Source: an uncultured Acidobacteriaceae bacterium (GTDB lineage: Bacteria > Acidobacteriota > Terriglobia > Terriglobales > Acidobacteriaceae). Taken from it: DNA of 64,000 nt. Location: contig CAWDTG010000006.1 in NCBI GenBank assembly GCA_963805245.1, positions 560,799-624,798 on the forward strand, in the 5' to 3' direction. Made by a program: the position numbers and the translations under genes. Within the stretch, counting starts at the first letter, position 1. Every line of letters starts with the position of its first letter. Below the pieces are notes generated by a model that saw only the letters and a program-made list of their open reading frames with translations, searched no databases and had not been told where the DNA came from. This document shows, piece by piece, positions 18,343-26,437 of the stretch.

Positions 18343-19615
18343 CGCCATCACAAAATATCTCGGCTCCAACGTCACCCCAGGCGAAGCGGGCAATATGTTG
18401 TGGGCCACGATTTACATCCTGCTGGTGATCGTCGGGGTGTCGGTGGCTGTGCTGTGCATGAATTGGCTGGAGCGCAAGATCCTGGCACACATGCAGATTC
18501 GTCTAGGCCCCATGCGCGTCGGCCCGCACGGATTGCTGCAGCCCTTCGCCGACGCCCTCAAGCTGCTGATCAAGGAAGACATTATTCCCCAGGACGCCGA
18601 CAAGTTTGTCTTCTGGAGCGCGCCCGTCGTCGTAACCATGACCGCGTTCACTACGTTTCTGGTGGTGCCGTTCGGCCGAACCCACGCCGTTACCGACATG
18701 AACATCGGGGTTCTGTTCATGCTGGGTGTGTCGTCGCTGGGCGTGCTGGGCATCATCATGGCGGGCTGGTCGTCAAACTCGCACTACCCCCTGATGGGCT
18801 CCCTGCGTTCGAGCGCGCAAATGGTTTCGTACGAAATCGCTATGGGGCTTGCGATTGTCTCGGCCGTGCTGATGACCAGCTTGCAGACGGGCACAGGCAC
18901 GCTAAGCATGATCGGCATCGTCGAATCGCAGGCCAGCCAGCACACCTGGTTCATCTTCAAGTTTTTCCCGCTGGGCTTCGTCGCTTTCGCGGTGTTCGCC
19001 ATCGCAATGATAGCGGAAACCAACCGCGCTCCCTTCGACCTGCCGGAAGCCGAATCGGAGCTGGTCGCCGGATTCCATACCGAGTACAGCGGCTTTCGCT
19101 GGTCGCTGTTTTTCCTGGCTGAGTATTCGGCCATGTTGGCGGTCTCGTCGATAGCGGTGACTTTGTGGCTTGGCGGATGGCTACGGCCATTTCCGAAGCT
19201 ATTGGGCGGCCCAACCTGGGACCTGGCGTTCTCGTTCCTTCCAGCGTTGACCTTCTTCGTACTCGCAGCCATGTGCTTGTTGGGAACCATACGCATGCCA
19301 AGGATCCCCCAGTTTCGAGTTCAGACGATAGGCCTGGGGACCTTCGGCGCGCTGCTGGGATTCATCGGATTAGTGCTGCTGATTCCGGCAGTGCGGGTTC
19401 GCATACAAGACATTTACTGGTTCGTCGTCAAAGTTGCCTTCTTCATGTACTTGTACATCTGGTACCGCGGAACGTTCCCACGCTACCGCTTCGACCAGCT
19501 CATGAAGGTGGGCTGGAAAGTACTGCTGCCGATTGGTTTGGGCGTGCTGATTGCCACCGCGCTTTGGGGCCTGATGCCGCAACTCTCGGCGGCGATCCCG
19601 GGGGTGCTGCCGTGA
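18335..19615 (+). CDS. nuoH: NADH-quinone oxidoreductase subunit H
   Basis: 426-aa polytopic membrane protein with NuoH motifs (ERK..A..Q.R.GP, FDLPEAESELVAG.HTEYSG). Confidence 0.95.
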   Translation: MLDAITKYLGSNVTPGEAGNMLWATIYILLVIVGVSVAVLCMNWLERKILAHMQIRLGPMRVGPHGLLQPFADALKLLIKEDIIPQDADKFVFWSAPVVVTMTAFTTFLVVPFGRTHAVTDMNIGVLFMLGVSSLGVLGIIMAGWSSNSHYPLMGSLRSSAQMVSYEIAMGLAIVSAVLMTSLQTGTGTLSMIGIVESQASQHTWFIFKFFPLGFVAFAVFAIAMIAETNRAPFDLPEAESELVAGFHTEYSGFRWSLFFLAEYSAMLAVSSIAVTLWLGGWLRPFPKLLGGPTWDLAFSFLPALTFFVLAAMCLLGTIRMPRIPQFRVQTIGLGTFGALLGFIGLVLLIPAVRVRIQDIYWFVVKVAFFMYLYIWYRGTFPRYRFDQLMKVGWKVLLPIGLGVLIATALWGLMPQLSAAIPGVLP

Positions 19616-20073
19616 GTCTGTCGCCGCTGGTGCGCAAAATCCTATTGGTTGACCTGATAAAGGGCCTCAAGGTCACGTTCCATTATCAACCGCCCAGTGA
19701 GGCAATTACTGAGCAGTATCCACTGGAGCGGCCGGTAATCTTCGAACGCTTCCGCGGACAGCCGCGCTTGAACTCGAATCCCGATACCGGCGAGTCATTA
19801 TGCATAGTCTGCAACCTGTGCGCACTGGCTTGTCCTGAGCAACTAATCGTGGTGAAGGGCGAGCGTAACCCGGCAACTAAGCGCAAAGAAGTTGTCTCAT
19901 GGACCTACGATCTTAGCCGCTGCATGTTCTGTGGGTTATGTGCCGAGGCTTGTTCAACCGATGCGCTGGAGCTGAGCCAGGATTACGAAATGGCGCTTTA
20001 TAGCCGCGAGGGCATGGTGCTGGACCAGGCAGCGCTGGAGCGCGGGCCGGAGCCGGTGAGGTACGCGAAATGA
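19612..20073 (+). CDS. nuoI: NADH-quinone oxidoreductase subunit I (2x[4Fe-4S])
   Basis: GTG start overlaps the nuoH stop (GTGA). Two ferredoxin motifs are present (CIVCNLCALACP, CMFCGLCAEAC). Confidence 0.9.
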   Translation: MSLSPLVRKILLVDLIKGLKVTFHYQPPSEAITEQYPLERPVIFERFRGQPRLNSNPDTGESLCIVCNLCALACPEQLIVVKGERNPATKRKEVVSWTYDLSRCMFCGLCAEACSTDALELSQDYEMALYSREGMVLDQAALERGPEPVRYAK

Positions 20074-20075
20074 GG

Positions 20076-20103
20076 CAGTTGCCAGTTGTCAGTTGTCAAT
20101 TGC
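20076..20103. repeat. heptanucleotide-periodic tract (CAGTTGy x4) just after the nuoI stop
   Basis: cagttgc cagttgt cagttgt caattgc, strictly 7-nt phased. Confidence 0.8.
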
Positions 20104-20389
20104 AGGCTTGGGTAAAGCTGGCTTTTAGAGCATGTGTGACAACTTGGTCTGAGTTGGCGGAATGGGACGATTGCGCAAAGTCCAGCCCCAAAATGGGGCG
20201 GAAGAGCTTAGCCCAGCGCTTCAGCGCTGGGTACAGTGGGAAATGAGGCCGAGTCCCCTCAGGGACGGCAGAACAGCAATTCCCTCGACTCGGACTGAAG
20301 TCGTTGCTCGGGATGGCAGACGTTTGATAGTTTCCCACCCTTTCGCAAAAGCGGCGAAAGGATGGGGTACCCGAGAGTTCTTTGCAACA

Positions 20390-20445
20390 ATAGGGGTCCT
20401 TCGACTCCGCCGCGCAAAAGAGGCGCGCCTCCGCTCAGGATGACA
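20390..20445. repeat. family-A 56-bp repeat copy
   Basis: ataggggtccttcgactc-N-gctcaggatgaca with a central GC-rich hairpin. Same 56-bp length as the 22016-22071 and 47867-47922 copies. Confidence 0.8.
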
Positions 20446-20496
20446 AGCGAGGGGAATCGACGTGAGGGAAGGATCGGAACGCTAGGTATTGGGTTT

Positions 20497-20559
20497 GCTA
20501 ATTGCTAAAGGCTAATTGCTAAAGGCTAATTGCTAAAAGCTAATTGCTAAAGGCTAAGT
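20497..20559. repeat. heptanucleotide-periodic tract (GCTAAnn x9) upstream of nuoJ
   Basis: gctaatt gctaaag alternating for nine in-phase units. Ends 6 nt before the nuoJ ATG. Confidence 0.9.
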
Positions 20560-20565
20560 ATTGAT

Positions 20566-21084
20566 ATGACACCGATTGCCACACCGTTCTTCTTCTACTT
20601 TCTGGCGATCATGGCGATCGTCTCCGCTATCGCGGTGATTACGCGGCGGAATCCGGTGCACGCGGCCCTGTCGCTGATTGTAACGCTGCTCTCGCTGGCA
20701 GGCTTTTACCTGATGCTGTATGCGCCATTCGTGGCTGCCGTGCAGATCGTGCTCTACGCCGGCGGAATCATGGTGCTGTTCCTGTTCGTCATCATGCTGG
20801 TGAACCTGGAGCAGAACATCCGCGAGTATCAGTTCAACAAGCAGTGGATCGTGGCGACCCTTGCGGCGCTGGCGCTCGGTGGATTGCTGGTGTTCGTATA
20901 TCGCACCGGCCGCGGCACATTTCCGACAGCTTTCTACCAGAGTTATCGCGGGCTCGAGGGCGACAACACTCAACAGATCGGTGTCTGGCTATACGGCAAT
21001 TACATGCTGCCGTTTGAGATTGCGTCGCTGCTGCTGCTGGTGGCCATCGTAGGCGCGGTGGTCATGGCGAAGAAGAGGATTTGA
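20566..21084 (+). CDS. nuoJ: NADH-quinone oxidoreductase subunit J
   Basis: 172-aa membrane protein with a NuoJ-like N-terminus (AIVSAIAVITRRNPVHAALSLI) and a position consistent with the nuo gene order. Confidence 0.9.
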   Translation: MTPIATPFFFYFLAIMAIVSAIAVITRRNPVHAALSLIVTLLSLAGFYLMLYAPFVAAVQIVLYAGGIMVLFLFVIMLVNLEQNIREYQFNKQWIVATLAALALGGLLVFVYRTGRGTFPTAFYQSYRGLEGDNTQQIGVWLYGNYMLPFEIASLLLLVAIVGAVVMAKKRI

Positions 21085-21122
21085 GGACTTACGAGCGTGA
21101 GTTACGCGTTTTTCACTATCGC

Positions 21123-21257
21123 TTTGTGTCAGGGCACGGCTTCAGCCGTGCCGCAAGAGGTCCGACCACCGACGGGCTTTAGCCCCTGTGCCTCAGTGGC
21201 TAAAGCCGTTTTCTTAACCGCGTTGACGGCACGACTAAAGTCGTGCCCTGACACGAA
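21123..21257. repeat. 135-bp palindromic REPIN/MITE (family B), nuoJ-nuoK spacer
   Basis: Termini tttgtgtcagggca / tgccctgacacgaa. Module-for-module match to 15967-16101. Confidence 0.85.
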
Positions 21258-21280
21258 GCTGACCGGCAGGAGCCTGATAC

Positions 21281-21586
21281 ATGGCTGAAATCACCACCAT
21301 GCATTACCTCGTGGTTGCGGCGGCGCTGTTCATCATCGGCACCATCGGGGTGCTGACACGGCGCAACGTGGTCATCATCCTGATGTCGATTGAGTTGATC
21401 CTGAATGCCGTAAACCTGAACCTGGTGGCGTTCTCGCGGTTGTGGGGATTGCATGGCCAGGTGTTCGCGATTTTCGTGATCACGGATGCGGCCGCCGAAG
21501 CAGCGGTCGGCCTCGGCATCATCATCGCCTTCTTCCGTAACAAGGAGACGGTGAACGTGGATGAAGTGGACTTGTTGAAGTGGTGA
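21281..21586 (+). CDS. nuoK: NADH-quinone oxidoreductase subunit K
   Basis: 101-aa, three-helix protein with the NuoK pattern ([19 protein letters not shown]...[13 protein letters not shown]). Confidence 0.9.
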   Translation: MAEITTMHYLVVAAALFIIGTIGVLTRRNVVIILMSIELILNAVNLNLVAFSRLWGLHGQVFAIFVITDAAAEAAVGLGIIIAFFRNKETVNVDEVDLLKW

Positions 21587-22177
21587 AGGAGCGGTTGTCA
21601 GTGACCAGTGGCCAGTTATCAGTTTCGACTAGACGGCGTGTCCACGATGTGTCTTTTGCGATTTAGTTTGGCCGATGCGCCATGAACTGTTCTTTGGAAT
21701 GTTTGCGCGACAGTGATCCAAGGGCCGCGAAACAAGTTGGAAGAGACGAACTGGTAGTGCGGCGCTTAGCGCCGCGTCGACGGTTCCAGGTAGATCGGGC
21801 TTTTAGCCCGGAAGGTAAACGCGGCATGAATGCCGCGGTTGTGACGATCTTTGCACTGACGATGATGCAGTCCCGCGGAGCGGGACGGGAAAGCTTAGCC
21901 CAGCGCGTGCCGGGGTCCCCAAGCCGCGCCGCCTTTGCGTGGATTGGGGTGGTTGAGCGCTGGGTAGGGAGGGAAGAACCTGAGTCCCGTAAGGACGGCA
22001 GAGTTTTTCGTGATTATAGGGGTCCTTCGACTCTGGCGCGCAAAGACGGCGCGCCTGCGCTCAGGATGACAGGCTTCATCTTCTGGAGAAGAGCGAAGGG
22101 CGAAAAGCGAATTGCGATTTCATTTATGGCTGACAGCTGATAGCTGACAGCTTGCTAGTTGCTAACGGCTAATTGCT
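21587..22177. repeat. nuoK-nuoL spacer made of stacked repeat modules
   Basis: Heptad tract 21597-21624, small hairpins at 21740-21840, family E at about 21895-21970, gtccc..ggacggcag hairpin at about 21983-22002, family A at 22016-22071 and heptad tract 22129-22177 abutting the nuoL ATG. Confidence 0.8.
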
Positions 22178-24307
22178 ATGTTCTTAGACCACATTTGGTT
22201 GATTCCGCTGTTTCCCGCCTTCGGCGCGGTTTGCATGTTTTTGTTTGGACGCAAGCTGTCGAAGCAGGCGGTGAACGGCATTTGCGTCGGCTTGGTTGTG
22301 CTGGCGTTTGCGTGGGCGTGTCTCGCCGTCTGGGAGTACTCGGGATACAGCGCCGCCCATCCCGGCAAGCCTTTCGAGAAGGTGATGTACACCTGGATGG
22401 GCACCGGCGACGCCTCCATGACGTATCCCATGCACGGCGGAACACCCGCGGAGTTCCGCGCCGACGCCGGCTTCCTGCTCGATCCGCTCTCCTGCATCTG
22501 GCTGCTGTTCGTGGCCGGGGTGGGCATGCTGATTCACATTTACTCCATCGGCTACATGGGACATGAAGGCGGGTATTACCGTTTCTTCGGATACATGAAC
22601 CTCTTCATGTTTTCCATGCTCACCCTGGTGCTCGCCAACAATTACGCCTTGATGTTCGTAGGCTGGGAAGGCGTGGGCCTGTGTTCGTATCTGCTCATCG
22701 GCTTCTACTTCCAGCGCCACTCCGCCTCGACCGCCGCGAACAAGGCGTTCATCGTGAACCGTATCGGTGATGCCGGATTCCTGCTGGGCATGTTCACTAT
22801 CGCCTGGTATTTCGGCTCGATGCAATACACGCACATCAATCATCTCGCGCGCAGCGGGCAATTTCACATCGGCGATCCGGTGATCACTGCGGCCTGCCTG
22901 CTGCTGTTCGTTGGAGCCTGCGGTAAGTCGGCACAGTTCCCGCTGTATGTCTGGCTGCCAGACGCCATGGAAGGCCCGACGCCGGTCTCGGCGCTGATCC
23001 ACGCCGCGACCATGGTGACTGCTGGCGTGTACATGGTGGCGCGCTCCAACGCACTGTTCGTACTGGCGCCCAATGCCATGAAGACGGTCGCCATTATCGG
23101 CGCGCTGACGGCGATCTTTGCCGCGACCATCGCGCTGGTGCAGAACGACATCAAGCGCGTGCTGGCGTACTCGACGGTGTCGCAGTTGGGATATATGTTC
23201 CTGGCGCTCGGCGTGGGAGCGTTCGCTGCGGGCGTCTTCCACGTCTTCACGCACGCGTTCTTCAAGGCGCTGCTCTTCCTCGGGGCTGGCTCGGTGATTC
23301 ACGCCATGAGCGGCGAGCAGGAAATGCAGCACATGGGCGCGCTGCAAGCGAAAATCAAAACCACTTTCGGCACTATGTTGATTGCGACGCTGGCCATCGC
23401 CGGCATTCCAGGGTTCGCGGGTTTCTTCTCGAAAGACGCAATTCTGTGGGAGACATGGTCGCGCGAGGCGGGCGCGTATCGGTATTTGTGGTACATCGCA
23501 TTTTTGACGGCGCTGATGACCTCGTTCTACATGTTCCGGCTGATCTACCTGACGTTCTTCGGGAAGCCGCGCATGAATCACGAAGTGGAGCACCACATCC
23601 ACGAGTCGCCCAAGACGATGACCGTGCCGCTGGTCATTCTGGCGATCTGTTCGATTGGCGCGGGCTATCTTGGCATGCCCCACAGCCTGGGCGGATCGAA
23701 CCGCTTCGAGAAATTTCTCGAGCCAGTATTCGCCAAGGAAGTGGTCGTCTTGGAAGAAGGCGGCAAAGCTGCTCAGGTAGCTTCGGGCGAGCAGCAGGTC
23801 GAGCACACCGACCCGATGGAATACATGTTGATGTTCGCCTCGGTGGGCGCGGCGGTAGTGGGCTGGTGGTTGGCCCAGCGGGCGTATAAGAAAGCCGACA
23901 AGGGCTACAAAGAGCCGATCAGCGAGATTTCACCGCGCTTCTACAAAACGCTCTTCCGCAAGTGGTATGTGGACGAAATTTACGACTGGGTCTTCACCGG
24001 CCGCAAGAAGGTTGGACCGGTGCGATTGGGTGCGATGGGGCTGGGAGAGGCGGCCTGGAAGTTTGACGCCGACGTCATTGACGGTACTGTGAACGGCGCT
24101 GGTTGGACAACGCGCATGACGGGCAATCTGTCCGTGCTGTGGGACAAGTGGATCATCGATGGTCTGCTGGTGAATGGCCTGGCCATGGTGACCAGACTGG
24201 CTTCGTATCCCGTGCGCCTGGTGCAGTGGGGCCTGGTGCAGTGGTACGCGCTGGTAATGGTGGCCGGGTTGGTGTGTTTCATTTTTTATTACGTGATTCG
24301 GTGGTAG
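22178..24307 (+). CDS. nuoL: NADH-quinone oxidoreductase subunit L
   Basis: 709-aa antiporter-like subunit (WEGVGLCSYLLIGF, KSAQFPL..WLPDAMEGPTPVSALIHAATMV). Confidence 0.95.
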   Translation: MFLDHIWLIPLFPAFGAVCMFLFGRKLSKQAVNGICVGLVVLAFAWACLAVWEYSGYSAAHPGKPFEKVMYTWMGTGDASMTYPMHGGTPAEFRADAGFLLDPLSCIWLLFVAGVGMLIHIYSIGYMGHEGGYYRFFGYMNLFMFSMLTLVLANNYALMFVGWEGVGLCSYLLIGFYFQRHSASTAANKAFIVNRIGDAGFLLGMFTIAWYFGSMQYTHINHLARSGQFHIGDPVITAACLLLFVGACGKSAQFPLYVWLPDAMEGPTPVSALIHAATMVTAGVYMVARSNALFVLAPNAMKTVAIIGALTAIFAATIALVQNDIKRVLAYSTVSQLGYMFLALGVGAFAAGVFHVFTHAFFKALLFLGAGSVIHAMSGEQEMQHMGALQAKIKTTFGTMLIATLAIAGIPGFAGFFSKDAILWETWSREAGAYRYLWYIAFLTALMTSFYMFRLIYLTFFGKPRMNHEVEHHIHESPKTMTVPLVILAICSIGAGYLGMPHSLGGSNRFEKFLEPVFAKEVVVLEEGGKAAQVASGEQQVEHTDPMEYMLMFASVGAAVVGWWLAQRAYKKADKGYKEPISEISPRFYKTLFRKWYVDEIYDWVFTGRKKVGPVRLGAMGLGEAAWKFDADVIDGTVNGAGWTTRMTGNLSVLWDKWIIDGLLVNGLAMVTRLASYPVRLVQWGLVQWYALVMVAGLVCFIFYYVIRW

Positions 24308-24495
24308 GGCCCACCCTGTCGCCAAAAGAGGGCGACAAGGATGGGGCACCCGCGCGAGTCGGGTCCCTCGGGGACGGCAGAAAAGCAGGTCCCTCGACTC
24401 GGACTGAAGTCCTCGCTCGGGATGACAAATTTACTTGTGGAACAGAAGTTTGAGCTGACGGCTAAAAGCTAACAGCTAAGGGCTAAGAGCCAAAA
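24308..24495. repeat. nuoL-nuoM spacer made of stacked repeat modules
   Basis: cccaccctgtcgcc..ggcgacaaggatgggg hairpin (24310-24354, related to 20334-20375), gtccctcggggacggcag hairpin, a family-A variant ending cgggatgaca, and heptad tract 24454-24495 (six GCTAAnn-type units) in exact register with the nuoM ATG. Confidence 0.8.
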
Positions 24496-26427
24496 ATGTA
24501 CAACCATATTCTTTCAATCATCTTATTTACGCCGCTGGTGGGCGCAATTCTCCTGATGCTAGTGCCCAAGGAGAACAAGGACGCCATCCGCTGGATTGGC
24601 AACATTTTCGGCATGCTGGGATTTGCAGTCTCAGTACCACTGATCCCGTGGTTCTGGGCGTTGAAGGACCGCTCTGGCTTCCAATTCGTCGAGGGCGCAC
24701 CCAACAACTGGATACCCTCCATCGGCGCCGGCTATGTGATCGGCATCGACGGCATCTCGTTCCTGCTGATCATGCTGACGACGCTGCTCGGGGCCATCTC
24801 GATCCTCTCGTCGTGGAACGCCATCCAGGAGCGGGTCAAGGAATACTACGTTTGGTTCCTGGTATTGCAGACGGGCATGCTTGGCGTCTTCATGGCCAAC
24901 GACATGTTCCTGTTCTTTGTCTTCTGGGAAGCCATGCTGGTGCCAATGTACCTGCTGATCGGCATCTGGGGCGGCCCGCGCAAGCTGTACGCGGCCATCA
25001 AGTTTTTCCTGTACACCTTGTTTGGCTCCGTGCTGATGCTGCTCGGTATCCTGTTCCTGTACTTCCATCACCACACCCTGACCGGCGTTTATACCTTCTA
25101 CCTGCCTGATCTTTATGCGACAGCGCCGAAGATTGGCGGGCACGCGGCCATCTGGTTGTTCTTCGCCTTCTTCGTCGGCTTCGCGATCAAGGTGCCGATG
25201 TTCCCCTTCCACACCTGGCTGCCGGACGCCCATGTGGAAGCGCCAACTGCCGGCTCCGTCATCCTGGCGGGCGTCCTGCTGAAGATGGGAACGTACGGCC
25301 TGATCCGCTTCTCGCTGCCGTTCTTCCCGGCGGTGGCGATGACGCCGTGGGTGCGCCAGTTCGTCATCGTGCTTTCGCTGATCGCCATCATCTACGGCGC
25401 GCTTGTCTCGCTGATGCAGAAAGACATGAAGAAGCTGGTAGCGTACTCGTCGGTCAGCCACCTTGGCTTCTGCACGCTCGGCATTTTTGCTCTAAGCCCG
25501 CTGGGACTCAGCGGCTCGGTTTTGCAACAGATCAACCACGGCATCTCCACCGGCGCACTGTTCTTGATTGTCGGCATTCTGTATGAACGCCGGCACACCC
25601 GCGAGATCGCGGAATATGGAGGCATCTCCAGCGTGATGCCGGTTTACGCCACCATTACGTTGATCATGTTCATGTCTTCGATGGGGTTGCCGCTGCTCAA
25701 CGGGTTCGTCGGCGAGTTCACCATTCTGCAAGGCACCTTCATGGAGAACAAGGTGTGGGCCGTCTGGGCAGTGCCGGGAGTAATTCTGGCCGCGGCATAT
25801 TTGCTCTGGCTGTACCAGCGCGTCTTCTTCGGCTCGGTGCACAATCCTAAGAACGAGAAGCTGATGGATCTTTCGGGAAGGGAACTGGCTACATTTATTC
25901 CGCTGGTGCTGGTCGCTTTCTGGATTGGCCTGTATCCCAAGCCGTTCTTCCAAATTCTTTCCACCCCGGTCAACAATCTGGTCGCAACCGTGCGCCCCGA
26001 TTATCCAGGACTGACCAAACCGGTGGTTGCCGATCAGCCGGTGACGAATCCGAATCCCGACGCGGCTACTCCGCTGCCCGAAGCGCCGAAAGCGCCGGCA
26101 AAGCAGACATCTCCGGCAAGCAGCTCGCCAACACAAACGGGCGTGACGAAAGCGCGGTCCCCGGTTCCGGTAGAGCGGCGCCCTTCGACAAGCTCAGGGC
26201 AGGCCTTTGGCGCAGCGTCAAGTGCGACTCGGGTAGAGCAAGCCTTCAGGCCTGCGTCAGGCGCAACTCAGGTAGGGCAGGCCTTTAGCGCCGCGTCAAG
26301 TGCGACTCAAGTAGAGCAGGCCTTTAGGCCTGCGTCCGGCGTATGTATTTCAAAACACAGCCGGGCTTCGAGCCCGCCGGCATCAGTCAACACGGCGAGC
26401 GCCAACGTATCGGCGCTCGGCAAGTGA
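24496..26427 (+). CDS. nuoM: NADH-quinone oxidoreductase subunit M with ~120-aa repeat-derived C-terminal tail
   Basis: Antiporter-like core (FFVFWEAMLVPMYLLIG, KVPMFPFHTWLPDAHVEAPTAGSVILAG). The ORF reads through a 39-bp tandem array before stopping 10 nt upstream of nuoN. Confidence 0.95.
   Translation: MYNHILSIILFTPLVGAILLMLVPKENKDAIRWIGNIFGMLGFAVSVPLIPWFWALKDRSGFQFVEGAPNNWIPSIGAGYVIGIDGISFLLIMLTTLLGAISILSSWNAIQERVKEYYVWFLVLQTGMLGVFMANDMFLFFVFWEAMLVPMYLLIGIWGGPRKLYAAIKFFLYTLFGSVLMLLGILFLYFHHHTLTGVYTFYLPDLYATAPKIGGHAAIWLFFAFFVGFAIKVPMFPFHTWLPDAHVEAPTAGSVILAGVLLKMGTYGLIRFSLPFFPAVAMTPWVRQFVIVLSLIAIIYGALVSLMQKDMKKLVAYSSVSHLGFCTLGIFALSPLGLSGSVLQQINHGISTGALFLIVGILYERRHTREIAEYGGISSVMPVYATITLIMFMSSMGLPLLNGFVGEFTILQGTFMENKVWAVWAVPGVILAAAYLLWLYQRVFFGSVHNPKNEKLMDLSGRELATFIPLVLVAFWIGLYPKPFFQILSTPVNNLVATVRPDYPGLTKPVVADQPVTNPNPDAATPLPEAPKAPAKQTSPASSSPTQTGVTKARSPVPVERRPSTSSGQAFGAASSATRVEQAFRPASGATQVGQAFSAASSATQVEQAFRPASGVCISKHSRASSPPASVNTASANVSALGK
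26186..26335 (+). repeat. 3.8 tandem units of a 39-bp hairpin-containing repeat inside the nuoM 3-prime end
   Basis: Units at 26219-26257, 26258-26296 and 26297-26335, plus a partial unit at 26186-26218. Each contains a gcaggcctttaggcctgc-type hairpin. Related to the arms at 30716-30743 and 30822-30848. Confidence 0.85.
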
Positions 26428-26437
26428 GGATGAAATA

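Noticed and set aside
20497-20559. Possible CRISPR array (regular short repeats)
   Set aside because: The units are 7 nt (14-nt super-unit) with no spacers and no cas genes. It is a simple heptad tandem repeat.
21682-22140. 152-aa ORF in the nuoK-nuoL spacer (and similar ORF 2498-2809)
   Set aside because: The two ORFs resemble each other only where both translate repeat family E and family A. They are spurious ORFs over repeats.
22184-23806. 540-aa ORF on the minus strand
   Set aside because: It lies entirely antisense to nuoL, is Arg/His/Gln-rich and low-complexity, and has no motifs. This is a typical shadow ORF in high-GC DNA.
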